DNA of 64,000 bases from Octopus sinensis (taxonomy: Eukaryota), in the NCBI RefSeq assembly GCF_006345805.1, contig NC_043000.1:134726001-134790000 (forward strand), given 5' to 3'. Position 1 is the first letter of the stretch, and each line of letters begins with the position of its first letter. The translations under genes and the position numbers were made by a program. The notes below the pieces were generated by a model. It did no database searches. It was given only the letters and a program-made list of their open reading frames with translations, and was not told the DNA's origin. Of the stretch, positions 1 to 11,330 are shown piece after piece.

Positions 1-179
1 GTTTTGTGGTTATTCATGATTTCAGGTTATTGGGAATTCTGTGGTAGCAGAAAAGTTAGGGGTTGAAGTTTTGCTGATTTATCTTTGAATAAAAACAATC
101 ATTTGCATGTTCAGTATCAAATGTTTAGATGTTAGGATATGGTCTCCTTTCAGAAAAATTCTAGGTATTTGAAGTTTAA

Positions 180-389
180 CCCCTTCGTTACCAACCTGGC
201 TGACACCGACTCTGACTACAAATGTCTTATTTTCATAAGTTTTCAATTAAAATCTTCCACCAAACCTTAGTCACAATTGATGTTCCTAACACTAGCTTAA
301 TGATAACCAAGTAATTTTACTAAATCCTTTGTTATATTTAAAATAATTGAGAGAAACAGAGCATCTCAAAATAAATAGTTACGAAAGGG
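180..389 (+). mobile_element. piggyBac-like MITE, family A
   Basis: TTAA|CCCCTTCGTTAC...GTTACGAAAGGG|TTAA; TTAA duplication with CCC/GGG termini. Confidence 0.8.
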
Positions 390-499
390 TTAAACATGAA
401 CATTATTTGAATTAGAATTCAAATTGCATTCCTGTTCCTTCTGTCAACTTCACAGGGCCAGAGAAAACACTGATCAACAGCAATCACACAACATTTTAA

Positions 500-720
500 C
501 CCTTTAGTGTTCCCGTCATTCTGCTAAAATTGAGGCTTTTTTATCCATGTTGTTTTGAACTAATAATGCATTATCTTGTAGCTAGGAGATTTTGATGAGG
601 TAGCTGTTAATTTTTAAAACGATATTGTAGGGTTGGTGTAAGAGACCAGATATGGCCAGTTTGAACATAAAACAAGCAGAATACTTTTGGCCGGATATGG
701 CCGGTTTAAATGCTAAAGGG
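500..720. mobile_element. piggyBac-like MITE, family B
   Basis: TTAA|CCCTTTAG...CTAAAGGG|TTAA. Confidence 0.8.
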
Positions 721-1357
721 TTAAAGTTGGTTCTCAAAGGTAATTGTGTATCAATAATTGGGTAGCACTGTATTTGGAGAATATATTTAGCTAATCCTAC
801 ACACAACTGCTTTTCTTCCAAAATATTATAACAAGCAACCTTCTCAGAAGTTGCTTATTCTTAGAATTCATTTCAAGTTAATGCAATTATCAACTTCTAA
901 TATTTTTAACAGAATATTAATTACATTTTTATGTAAGTTTTGTATCTTTCTATTCTAGAAAACCTCAACAAAATAAACAAAACAATTATTTTAGTGTTTC
1001 TCTTACAGTATTTTTCATTCCTTGGAGGTTTAAACCTATACCATATAATTATACTCCCCAGAAAGATATCATAAGTGAAATGGTAAATAATATCAGTATT
1101 ACATTAGTTGAAATCAAGCATACCTAGTTTAATGATAAAAATATCAAACACAGCTGAAAATACACAACGCCCAACTCCAGATTGCAGTATCACTACAGTG
1201 TATGTTCCCTGCATAGCCAGAGTACTGTATTTGATGGCATATAAGATGTACTTTAAAAAGTTTTTAAAAAAAAAATCCAAAAAAATCACTGGAACTTGGT
1301 GCAGTTCTCCAGCTTCAGTCTAACCATCTAATCTATACCAGCATGGAAAACGGACCA

Positions 1358-2655
1358 GGTGTGGAAGCAAGGTCTAGAATTGAAGGACCTTAGAGTCAAT
1401 CTAGCAAGAACCAAAGTCTTAGTAAGTAGGAAGGCAGACAAATCACAAATTCCTTCAGGTAGATGGCCCTGCTCAATCTGTAGAAAAGGCATAGGTAGAA
1501 ACTCCATAAGAATGTACCTGGTGTAAGCCATGGACACATAAGAGGTGTAGCAATATCAAAGGAAGGTTAAGTGGGAAGTTAGTTTTTTGTGTGTGGCAGA
1601 TGCACAGGGGTAATAAACACCAATGATGTACAGAAAACAGATCCCAACACATGCCACTAGAAGTAGTTGATAGCTTCCATTACATAGGTGACCAAGTCAG
1701 TAGTGGGGGTGGTGGATGTTCTGAGAGCATAGCTACTAGAATACTTCTGCTGATAACAAAAGGCCTCTCACTCAGGATGCAAGGTAGACTGTATGATGCA
1801 TGTGTGCGAACTGCCATGCTACACGGCAGTGAAACATGGGCCATGACTACTGAGGACATGCGTAGGCTTGAAAGAAATGAAGCTAGTATGCTCTGCTGGA
1901 TGTGTAATGTCAGTGTGCATACATGACAGTGTAAGTACCTTGAAAGAAAGGTTGGACATAAGCATCAGATGTGGTGTGCAAGAGAGACTGCTGGTATGGT
2001 CATGTGTTGCATATAGATGAGGGCAGCTGTGTGAAGTGTTACACCCTAACAGTGGAGGAAAGCTGTGGAATAGGTAGACCCAGGAAGACATGGGATGAGG
2101 TGGTGAAGCACAACCTTTGAACATTGGGCCTCACAGAGGAAATGACAAGCAATTGAGACCTTTGGAGATATGCTGTGCTTGAGAAGACCCGGCAAGTCAA
2201 GTGAGATCGTAGCCATGGCCAATGCCAGTGTTGCCTAACCAGCCTGTTTAAAAGCACCCTTCAATTGTCGGGCAATATGCTGTGCTTGAGAAGACCTGTT
2301 GAGTCAAGTGAAATTGTCGTGGCTGATGCCAATGTTGCCTGACTGGTACCAGTGCCGGTGACTCACAAAAAGCACTATTCGAGTGTGGTTGATACCAGTG
2401 CCTCCAGTGCTGGTGGCATGTAAAAAGCACCATTTGAGTATGGTCAATGCCAGTGCTGCCTGACTGGCCCCCATGCTAGTGGTACCTAAAAACCACCCAA
2501 TACACTCTCGGAGTGGTTGGCATTAGGAAGGACATCCAGCTGTAGAAACCGTGCCAGATCAGATTGACGCCTGGTGCAGCCTCCTGGCTTGCCAGTTCTC
2601 AGTCAAACGGTCCAATCCATGTCAGCATGGAAAGTGGACATTAAAAGATGAGACA
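1358..2655 (+). mobile_element. 5'-truncated, degenerate RTE-clade LINE with 3' tail
   Basis: Frameshifted RT C-terminus (LEVVDSFHYIGDQ, GRLYDACVRTAMLHGSETW). ORF-end block duplicated around 2150-2330. Conserved 3' end. Confidence 0.9.
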
Positions 2656-3452
2656 TATATATAGCTTCCGCATAGTGTCTATTAACCAAATTCACTCACA
2701 AAGCATTGGTTGTCCCAGGGCTATAGTAGAAGACACTTGTCCACAGTGTCATGCAGAGGGACTGAACTGGAAACCAAGTGATTGCAAAGCAAGCTTCTTA
2801 ACCACACACCCATGTGTGCACATATGAATCGACAGACTATTTTTTATATATTTGTGCTGATAAAATGAGAAGAGTGTGGCTCTGATCTAGTAAACAAGTT
2901 CTAAGATTTTATTCATTTATCCAAGCTATACAGCCCATTTGATATTATTTGCATACATTACTAATTCATTTAATCCTTATCCATTCAGTCATCTAAACTG
3001 TAGGCTGTTCATTATTTCCTCTTTACTCTAATGACGTGAATATTATCTTTCAGGGTTATTCAAAAATTAATTCTTCTGTTTATTGACATTCACTAGTGTT
3101 AGAACTTGATTATAGTTTTTTTATATATATGTGTGCATGTGTCTGCGTGTTGGTTTACATTTGCATTTCAGCTGAAAATCATTGATATATATAGGATGAT
3201 ATTGTCACTTCCCCTGTCAATAAATTGTTCATTTGCTTTGCACCTTGAAAAGCCTATGGAATAGAAGATTCCTTGCTTGTAAAAAGCATGATTTGGCAAC
3301 TGGAAGGGCACCCAACTGTAAAAGCAATACTCAACAGCATATTTGTCTAACTCATGCTTGCATGGAAAATTGTACATAAAAATTGAATGAATATAAACAG
3401 CTTTTCTTTATAACAATAAATCATTAATTTTATAGCTATGAAAATTCCTTAA

Positions 3453-3736
3453 CCCTTTCATTACCAAACTGGCTGAAATTTTGTAGTTAAATATTTCCTC
3501 GAAACACTGTTTTTACAATTCCATTTCACTCGTCATTACCACCGGCTCTGGCTCTGTAGTACAAATGTCTTGTTTTCATAAGATTTGAATTAAAATCTTC
3601 CACCAAACATTAGTCACAATTTATGTTCCGCACACTAGCTTAATGATAACAAAGTTATTTTACTAAAGTATTTGTTATATTTAAAGTAATTGAAAGAAAC
3701 ATAGAGCATCTCAAAATAAATACAGTAACAAAAGGG
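3453..3736 (+). mobile_element. piggyBac-like MITE, family A, with an internal templated insertion
   Basis: TTAA-flanked and homologous to 180-389; carries an extra ~63 bp at 3478-3540. Confidence 0.8.
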
Positions 3737-5454
3737 TTAAATGCTATAATGCTCTTAAGAAAGAAACAAGCTTCCCTTACTTATTCTTCTATATACTGCT
3801 ATAGATTGAGCCTGTATGTTAACTTGTGTCTTTTTCTTATAAGTAAATAAATCTAACAAAGCAGATCAATATTGATTGCTCAATTGAAGATGTATTATCT
3901 TCAGCATTAGCAAAAATATAAACTAGGTTTTATGGCTGGATAATCAAGAAAAAATAAAATTGTAAAATATAAATGCAACTGTACATTTCTTTTTGTCATA
4001 CAGATACAAACTTTATAAAACGGTTACTAAAATAATATGTTCATCATAAGCAAGAAGCAAGCAGAAATAACTGGTATACAATGGAAGATTGATAAAAGTT
4101 TTATTTTCTGCAGTTGCATGGGTCGGATAGTAATTGCAAGCAGCTTTTCATTCATAATATCAACATCAGGATGTGCTTCTTAATGGCCATCTATTGAACT
4201 ATAAAGTAGCAGCGGAACCTGTTTTACACAGATTAAACAGATATGTGCACCTTGTTCAATGACTCAGCACAATGGCTCTAATAAGAAGGGAAACTCTTGA
4301 CCATATGGTTAGTAACACCTTAATCTCATAGCTTAACAACAGAAGACTGAAATCTAAAATGTTGAGTCTGCTTTATGCTCTATTTACATCCTCAGAAGAT
4401 GTTATCTATATAAATAAAATAAAGTAACACAAAAGTATCTAACAACAAATATGATATTTCTGCATAAAGAATCAAACAATATTTATTCTTGAAACAAGTC
4501 AATAATTATGAGATTGATGTTCTTTTCTTGTTATATTGATCAAGATTCAAAAACAAAACATTTGTTGCTGGAGAGACATGTGTTACAACATGTTCCATAT
4601 GACACTGAAGATCTATAAACCTTTTTTTTCTTCTTTACCCACACAACATTTCAAGCTAAGAATATTGAAAATTTAATCACCTCATGTTTGAAGTTCAGCA
4701 AACATTTACATTTTTTATTCTATTTAAATTCCTTAATCTATATTTTAAATTTTTTAAATTTTGTAGTTAAATATTTCCTCGAAGCATTGTTTTTACAATT
4801 CCATTTCACTTGTCAACCCCAAATAGTCTCTTGATATTTTCCTCTTCTCCCTTTTCAAAACTTATATGTACAAGTGTAGTTGCATGCTATTAACCTACAA
4901 AATCATTTCAAACAAACTTTCCATTCTGTGGACTTAACAACTTGTCAACTAAAGTATCACCTATCATACTCTTCTTTTCTCATAAATAATGGGTGACTAA
5001 AGAAATTTTTAAATTTTTCTATAAAGGAAGTTTTCTAACACTGACAAGTAACATACTTTCGGACAAAGTCTATGCTTATATATTTGTATGCATAGTATGT
5101 GTGTATGTACACACACACACAATTGTTGCCTTTTAATGCAAAGATGAAAGTGAATCTATCTAGAAAGAAAAGAGGGTATATTAGAGAATTTGCTCTGACT
5201 CCACTTCTTCCTCATCCCGTTACTCCCTCTATACTAGCCCCTGCTCCAACAATAAATCTCTTCCCTTCATACCTAATCCAGCTTCATCACTCTCTCCTAC
5301 TCTCTTTCGGTTTGTGAGTGACATTTCCTCACTAGTACTGAGGACATGAAGAGAACATCCAAGCACATACTGTAAAATGGTTGGTGAACTGAGCAGAGAT
5401 AATGTAGGGTTGCAAGGACTCTTTAGTCTTGCAAAAGGAAAGACAACTTCTACA

Positions 5455-5905
5455 GGGTTGGTGCCACATAAAAATTCACCCGGTAAACTCTGTGTGAAGT
5501 GGTTGCTGTTGGGAAGAGCATCCAGCTGTAGAAACCAGGACAAAAACTGAGACACTGGAGCAATATATAGTCCTCTAACCTGTTGAATTGGTCACCCCAT
5601 GCCAGCATGGTAAGCAGATGAAGATGATGTACACAGATTAGGCACAATGTAACCAAATTATCTTGACTCTACAATAATTTTCATCTTAAAATTAATAAGA
5701 AAAACTTAATAAAGGAATGTGTAAGAGAATAAAGGCACTTGTGCTAGTGACACATAAAAGACACCCACTACACCCTTGGAGTGGTTGGTAATAGGAAGAG
5801 CATCCAGCTGTAGAAACCAAACCAAAATCAAACTGGAGCCGGCTTACCAGTTCCAGTTAAACTGTTTAACCCATGCCAGCATGGAAAATGGATGCTAAAT
5901 GATGA
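5455..5905 (+). mobile_element. Two RTE 3'-end fragments
   Basis: GAAGAGCATCCAGCTGTAGAAAC...CCATGCCAGCATGG...GATGATG motif occurs twice. Confidence 0.75.
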
Positions 5906-6124
5906 TGATATATACACACATAATACTGTATGAGTGTTTATACAAACAGATACACCATTATAGCGAATAATAACTGAAGGACCAGGAGATATTGATGAAA
6001 TGCATCTATATATTCATAATAAAGAACAAAATAAGCATCTATCAAAATGGATTCACAGACCAGGTAAATAGTTATAGTGTGCAGATGTTGACCAAATGTG
6101 TTTACTTATTGCTAATAGAATATT

Positions 6125-7150
6125 ACAAATATAACATTATTCCAACTATGAATAATGATAACTCATGTAAGTCATTGTATCTTTGTAGTTTCTGAATTCC
6201 TTTTCTGATTTTGCAGCTCCTATGTAATGGTATTGTACTACTCATCAAATTGCTGTGTGGATTAGTATGATTTAGTAGTGTTGGTAGCATGAGGTGATGG
6301 AGATGGAAAACTAGCAACAATGGGAATTGAAAAAAAATTATGACACTGACTGGTTAGACATACAACTATATGGGATCACAGGATCATGCAGTGGCTCTTC
6401 AGGAAAAGGAAAAGTAGATGATATTGGGCCACTGATAACATTATAATGATTAACACGTGCTTTGAGGAAAAGTATTTAGAAGTTATTTAATCAATTGTCA
6501 CTAACAGCCTTTCCATTTAAATCCAAGCTATATTCCTTCCTGTTTGCACAAATCAGAGAACAAAGCATCTGCAGAAAATTCCTCCATATCATTCTTGAAG
6601 AACTATTTGTCCAACCCCATAAAATGGCTTTAATTACTAGCTCTGTCTGCCAAGTGATTTTTCAGTTGGAAACAATTCACAAGCACTGCAAATATTCATC
6701 AAACTTTCCAACTGATGGAATGTAACCATTTAATACTGCTCTTTCTGCTGCACCATTTGATTTTGAATAACAAGCAGGACCTTCAACTTTGTTGTAATCT
6801 AGTCAGTTTAACCAGTTATTTAATTGAATGAATTCTAATTAAAAACCTGATACCTTTGGAATACCATCTACTGGGCTTCTACTGGAATATAAAAACAGCT
6901 TCCGTCCAAGCAGTAGCTCAGTCAACGATGATCAACACATTCCCAACATATTGTAATCTTTCCAAAGGCCATGATTCAAGGCACTCATCCAGTACAAGAG
7001 GTATCTTTGTATCTTTAAATAGGATATTAGCACATATTTCTCAAGCTCTGACAAACACTTCAGTATCCCAACAAAGATTAGGCCACTAACACAAACCCTT
7101 GCTTTCTTTAGTGGTTTCTTTTTTGTTTGCCAATGAGTATGTATCATGAA
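6125..7150 (-). mobile_element. Degenerate Gypsy/Ty3 LTR-retrotransposon integrase remnant
   Basis: Stop-interrupted WPNLCWDTEVFV, WPLERLQYVGNVLIIVD, GPACYSKSNGAAERAV (cf. SPxYHPQSNGAAERAV), and a C-terminal LHRSCKIRK motif. Confidence 0.65.
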
Positions 7151-7399
7151 TTGTGAAAAGAAAAAAAAAAAACTTTTGTAAGATAAGGTTTTAAAACAAA
7201 TAGTTGTTTTTATATTAAAGATAAAATGATGCTCAACAATCAGTTTAGAAGAATGACTGGCAAATTGTTATTCTGAAAGTGTTAGTCTAGACTAGTCTTT
7301 TTTAGAAGTAATGTCCGTCCAACCCATGCTAACATGGAAAGCGGACGTTAAATGATGATGATGTGTTTCTCTAACCAGACATAAAGGCATATATGTTAA

Positions 7400-7620
7400 C
7401 CTTTTCCTTACTGTATTTATTTTGATATGCTCTGTGTTTCTTTCAATTACTTTAAATATAAGAAAGAATTTAGTAAAATAACTTAAGTTATCATTAAGCT
7501 AGTGTTAGGAACATAAATTGTGACTAAGGTTTGGTGGAAGGTTTTAATTTAAAACTTATGAAAACAAGACGTTTGTACTCAGAACCAGAGCCGGTTTCAG
7601 CCGGGTTGGTAACGAAAGGG
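7400..7620 (-). mobile_element. piggyBac-like MITE, family A
   Basis: Reverse complement of 180-389; TTAA flanks. Confidence 0.8.
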
Positions 7621-8001
7621 TTAAACTGATTTTTTTTACATTTTCAACTTGTTTGAGCATAAGCAAAAATTAATTCATTATCATTTTATGTTAGGAATGT
7701 AAAGCAGTTTGAAAGAACCCTGTATCACATTGTATCTTATATACTTAGTCTGTAATGCCCTTGTTATGCTAATGTTGTGTTTTTCATGCTTGTATATGGT
7801 CAGTTAAATATTTAAGGTGATTAACAGTTCAATGTAAGGAATAGTTTTTAGTGTGCCACTTTGATGATGTTAGTGAAATATAATTATAGATGTTAGAAGA
7901 CTGGATCTTCCTCACTGTTATGGACTTATGGCAAAAATGACAATTGGTGATAAAAATTTACAACTCAAATAATCAGCTAACAATTGTAGGATGAAGATTA
8001 A

Positions 8002-8349
8002 AGGTTAATGGGTAAAGACCCCCTTCGGTCATGAATGGCCATAAGATTACACTTAGAAGTTACCCTCTGTGGCACAAGTCTGGGTAAGGTTGTTTATGGA
8101 AGACCAGCAGTTGCCCATGCATACCAGCCACCTCTCTCCATGCCACTGGTGCTATCCAAGGGAAAGGCAAAGGCTGATACAGGTTGGTACCAATGATGTT
8201 GCAGCACATTTCTACAGCTGAGTGAACTGGAGCAATGTGAAGTAAAGTATCTTGCTCAAGAACACAACACACAGCCTAGTCCAGGAATTGAACTCACTAC
8301 CTCATGATTGTGAGCTCAATGCTCTAACCACTGAGCCATGCGCCTTCAC
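8002..8349 (-). mobile_element. Full-length tRNA-derived SINE with 15-bp TSD
   Basis: Head GTGAAGGCGCATGGCTCAGTGGTTAGAG...GAGTTCAATTCC (A/B-box-like). TAGGATGAAGATTAA at 7987-8001 and 8350-8364. Confidence 0.85.
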
Positions 8350-8859
8350 TAGGATGAAGATTAATGAAGACTGAAATCTTGAAAATGATGAGGAAGCAGA
8401 AACATGGCTAATACAGCTTAACTTATGCTCGAACTAGTTAAACCAAAATTTTGAGTTATGAGGCATCAATGCTATATTGAAAATATAGCTAAACATCAAA
8501 AAAAAAGATTTATTAACATAGACAAGTTAACAGTTTTGGATCAAGAGAAAATAATATAAAAACAACTAATTAATTTCCTAAGCTAAGGTTTATTGTACAT
8601 AATTTTTTTTTATGTAAACTGTTATCAACACAGACACAGAAGCAGGATTTACCAAATTGGGTTATTAAGAGAAAAATTACGATGCCTGGTTGTGTAAGAA
8701 CTTCAACTAAATTGTCCATCTCAGATCTAGTTAGACTTATTGCATTGATGCAGTCAGAGAGAGTATTTACTCTTTGATCAGCAACACAGCCAAGCTCCAA
8801 TACTGAAGTAGTGTGTCCAACTAGTGAGGACTCTTGTTAAGGAAAATTTAGGGGCAAGC

Positions 8860-9235
8860 ATGGTTGTGTGGTTAAGAAGCTCACTTGGCAACCACATGAT
8901 TTTGGATTTAGTCCCACTGCATAGCACCTTGGACAAGTGTCTTCTACTATATCCTTGGGCTGACCAATTCCTTGTGAGTGAATTTGTGAAATGGAAACTG
9001 TGTGGGAACCTGTTGAGTGTGTGAATGTGTGTCTGTGTTTGTCTCCACCCACCACCACTTAACAACCAGTGCTGGTTTGCTTACATCTCTATAACTTAGT
9101 GGTTTCATAAAACAATAGAATAAGTACCAGACTTAAAAAAATAAATACTAGGGGATGATTTGTTCAATTAAATCCTTCAAGGCAGTGCCCCAGCATAGCC
9201 AATGTCCAATGACTGAAACAAATAAGGGATAAAAC
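8860..9235 (+). mobile_element. tRNA-derived SINE family 1 (diverged)
   Basis: Homologous to 44163-44575 and 49752-50150. Confidence 0.8.
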
Positions 9236-9327
9236 AAACAAGTGAATGAAGATAGATTTAAAATCTCAGCAACAATGGATCAATCACATCCTTCTAGGTC
9301 CTGTCCTCCTATGGGAAGGATACTTTA

Positions 9328-9527
9328 ACCTTTTAGTATTCAAAGTGGCCACATCAGGTTGAAACATTCTACCTGTTTTGTGTTCAAACTGACCAGGTAA
9401 AGGCATCTCACACCTACCTGCAATGTCATTCTAAAAATAAACAAACATCATCGAAATCTTGAAGCTATAATTCTGATTACTCTGTCAGTATTACAGCTGA
9501 CAGAGTAATCTGAATGTGAAAAGGTTA
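9328..9527. mobile_element. piggyBac-like MITE family B (degenerate); another partial copy near 9750-9900
   Basis: TTAACCTTTTAG start and AAAGGTTA end; internal similarity to 500-720 in the opposite orientation. Confidence 0.6.
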
Positions 9528-10689
9528 CTGAGGTAAACTGGGCCACTTCAGCAAATTTTGTGGGTGAAAACTACTGTTTTCTATAAAGTCAGTCCATAAT
9601 ATTAATGCTAAGTGTCTGAGTTTGATGTTGAGAAAGTACTTGTGAATATTAATTGTGAAACAAACGACATTATGTTAATTGTAGATTAAATGGATCGCTG
9701 GTTCATATGAAACTGGACACTGTTGCAGCATGCCCCAGCATTCAAGTTTAACCCTTTAGCATTCAAACTGGCCAGATCCAACCAAAATATTTAACCCGTT
9801 TTATATTGAAACTGGCCAGATCTGGCCTCTTACCTCATCCCTATGATTTCGTTCTAAAACTAAGCAATCACATCATAGACATCTCTAAACTACAAGACAA
9901 TGCACCACTCTTCCCCTAATCAAACATCAGCCACATGCAACTTAGATGTCACACGTCTAACCTGCACTGATTTCATGAATGGAGCACCCTTTAATGAAGC
10001 CAATCTCGAGTCTTTCAACAGCAGAAAGAAAATAAAAAAACCCAGAAGCACTACTCATATAAGAAAAAAAACAAAAACAAAACAATTGTACTACAAATCA
10101 TTAAACAACAACAGCACACAATTTGAACTCTCACAGTTCAATTATCACTTCAGATCTTTTCTAGTGAAAGTACAAGTAAGACCGCATCTCAAACACTGGC
10201 CCTTCTCCTCAGAACCAGAAAATATTTCTTCCCCAACAATTACTAACAAAGTTCAGATGAGATCCATGGTGGAGTAAACGTTCCCAAATCAAGGATGACA
10301 CTGCAGATGCACACACAAATATCACAAATCCAGATGGCATTCATATTTCTGTTAAGTGGCATTCACAAAAAGCTACTCAACAAATTGGGATAAAATTACA
10401 CACTCCAGTCTCTGACCAAGAGGCAAGTTCCCTCTCTTAAGGCCTTTTTTTTTTTATCACTGTTATAACGGTTGCTACCTCCACCACTTAGGCACTAACG
10501 ACTCACTTGTCTCCCTTCTACGCTTTCTCACAGCCATGTACAAACCAATACACCCAGTTCTTCCTCCCACAAAATCAGTCCTTTAAAATTCCCTCTGTGC
10601 TCATCCTTTCCTGCAGGTGCTGACTTGCAATAGTTTAAGCAAAATATTAATGGCATCAATCCCATTAGTGAGAGAAAAAAAATTATAAT

Positions 10690-11330
10690 CAAAGGAATTA
10701 ATGATATAATTTTTAGGATGACATTTATCTTTGCAGCAATCCAGGATAAATTTCATATGAATATTTCAAAAGGAGGGGATCAAACCACCCTTCATACAGT
10801 TTAATGAACAAGATCCAATGGATTAGTGTTCCTAAATTGAAAGAAAAAATTGAGAACTAATTAGGAGCTGATAAACTATTAATACTGGTTTCAAACAAAA
10901 TTAGCAGTTTAGCCTCTTTTTCAGCAAAAAGGAATGTATTTACTATGAGAATACTGCAACAGTTTAAATACAATATTAAAAGCAGCAAACTCATGGAGAA
11001 ATAACTTTATTGTTGATACTTCTCCTTTTAGAGGAATAATGCCTTAAAATGGAAAACCTGTAGCATAGGTTAGTAGTCAGACAATTGGAGTAACATTGAA
11101 CATGATATATGGTGGTATGGTGTGCAGATAGAATGGGACCTGTTCTAGTAGGGAAACCTTTCATTGGAGATTGATTGCTATTACGTCAAAGGATCTTGAT
11201 AATTTCAGGTTAAATGGGACAGACTTCATGTTATCACAATATGATTTCAAAATCATTCACATGCCTGGTCAAAGCATAAATCATATTGATGTTCTTAGTA
11301 AACTCAAGTATGATTCAGATCAGTTCATTT
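10690..11330 (+). mobile_element. Degenerate Gypsy RT C-terminus / RNase H remnant
   Basis: Frameshifted ISKEGIKP, NWSNIEHD and LSQYDFKIIHMPGQSINHIDVLSKL (cf. LSQYDFEIIHRPGKxNxHADALSRL). Confidence 0.7.

Noticed and set aside
9900-10570. 125-aa ORF and C/A-rich tract, possibly a retroelement
   Set aside because: No diagnostic motif recognised; left unannotated.
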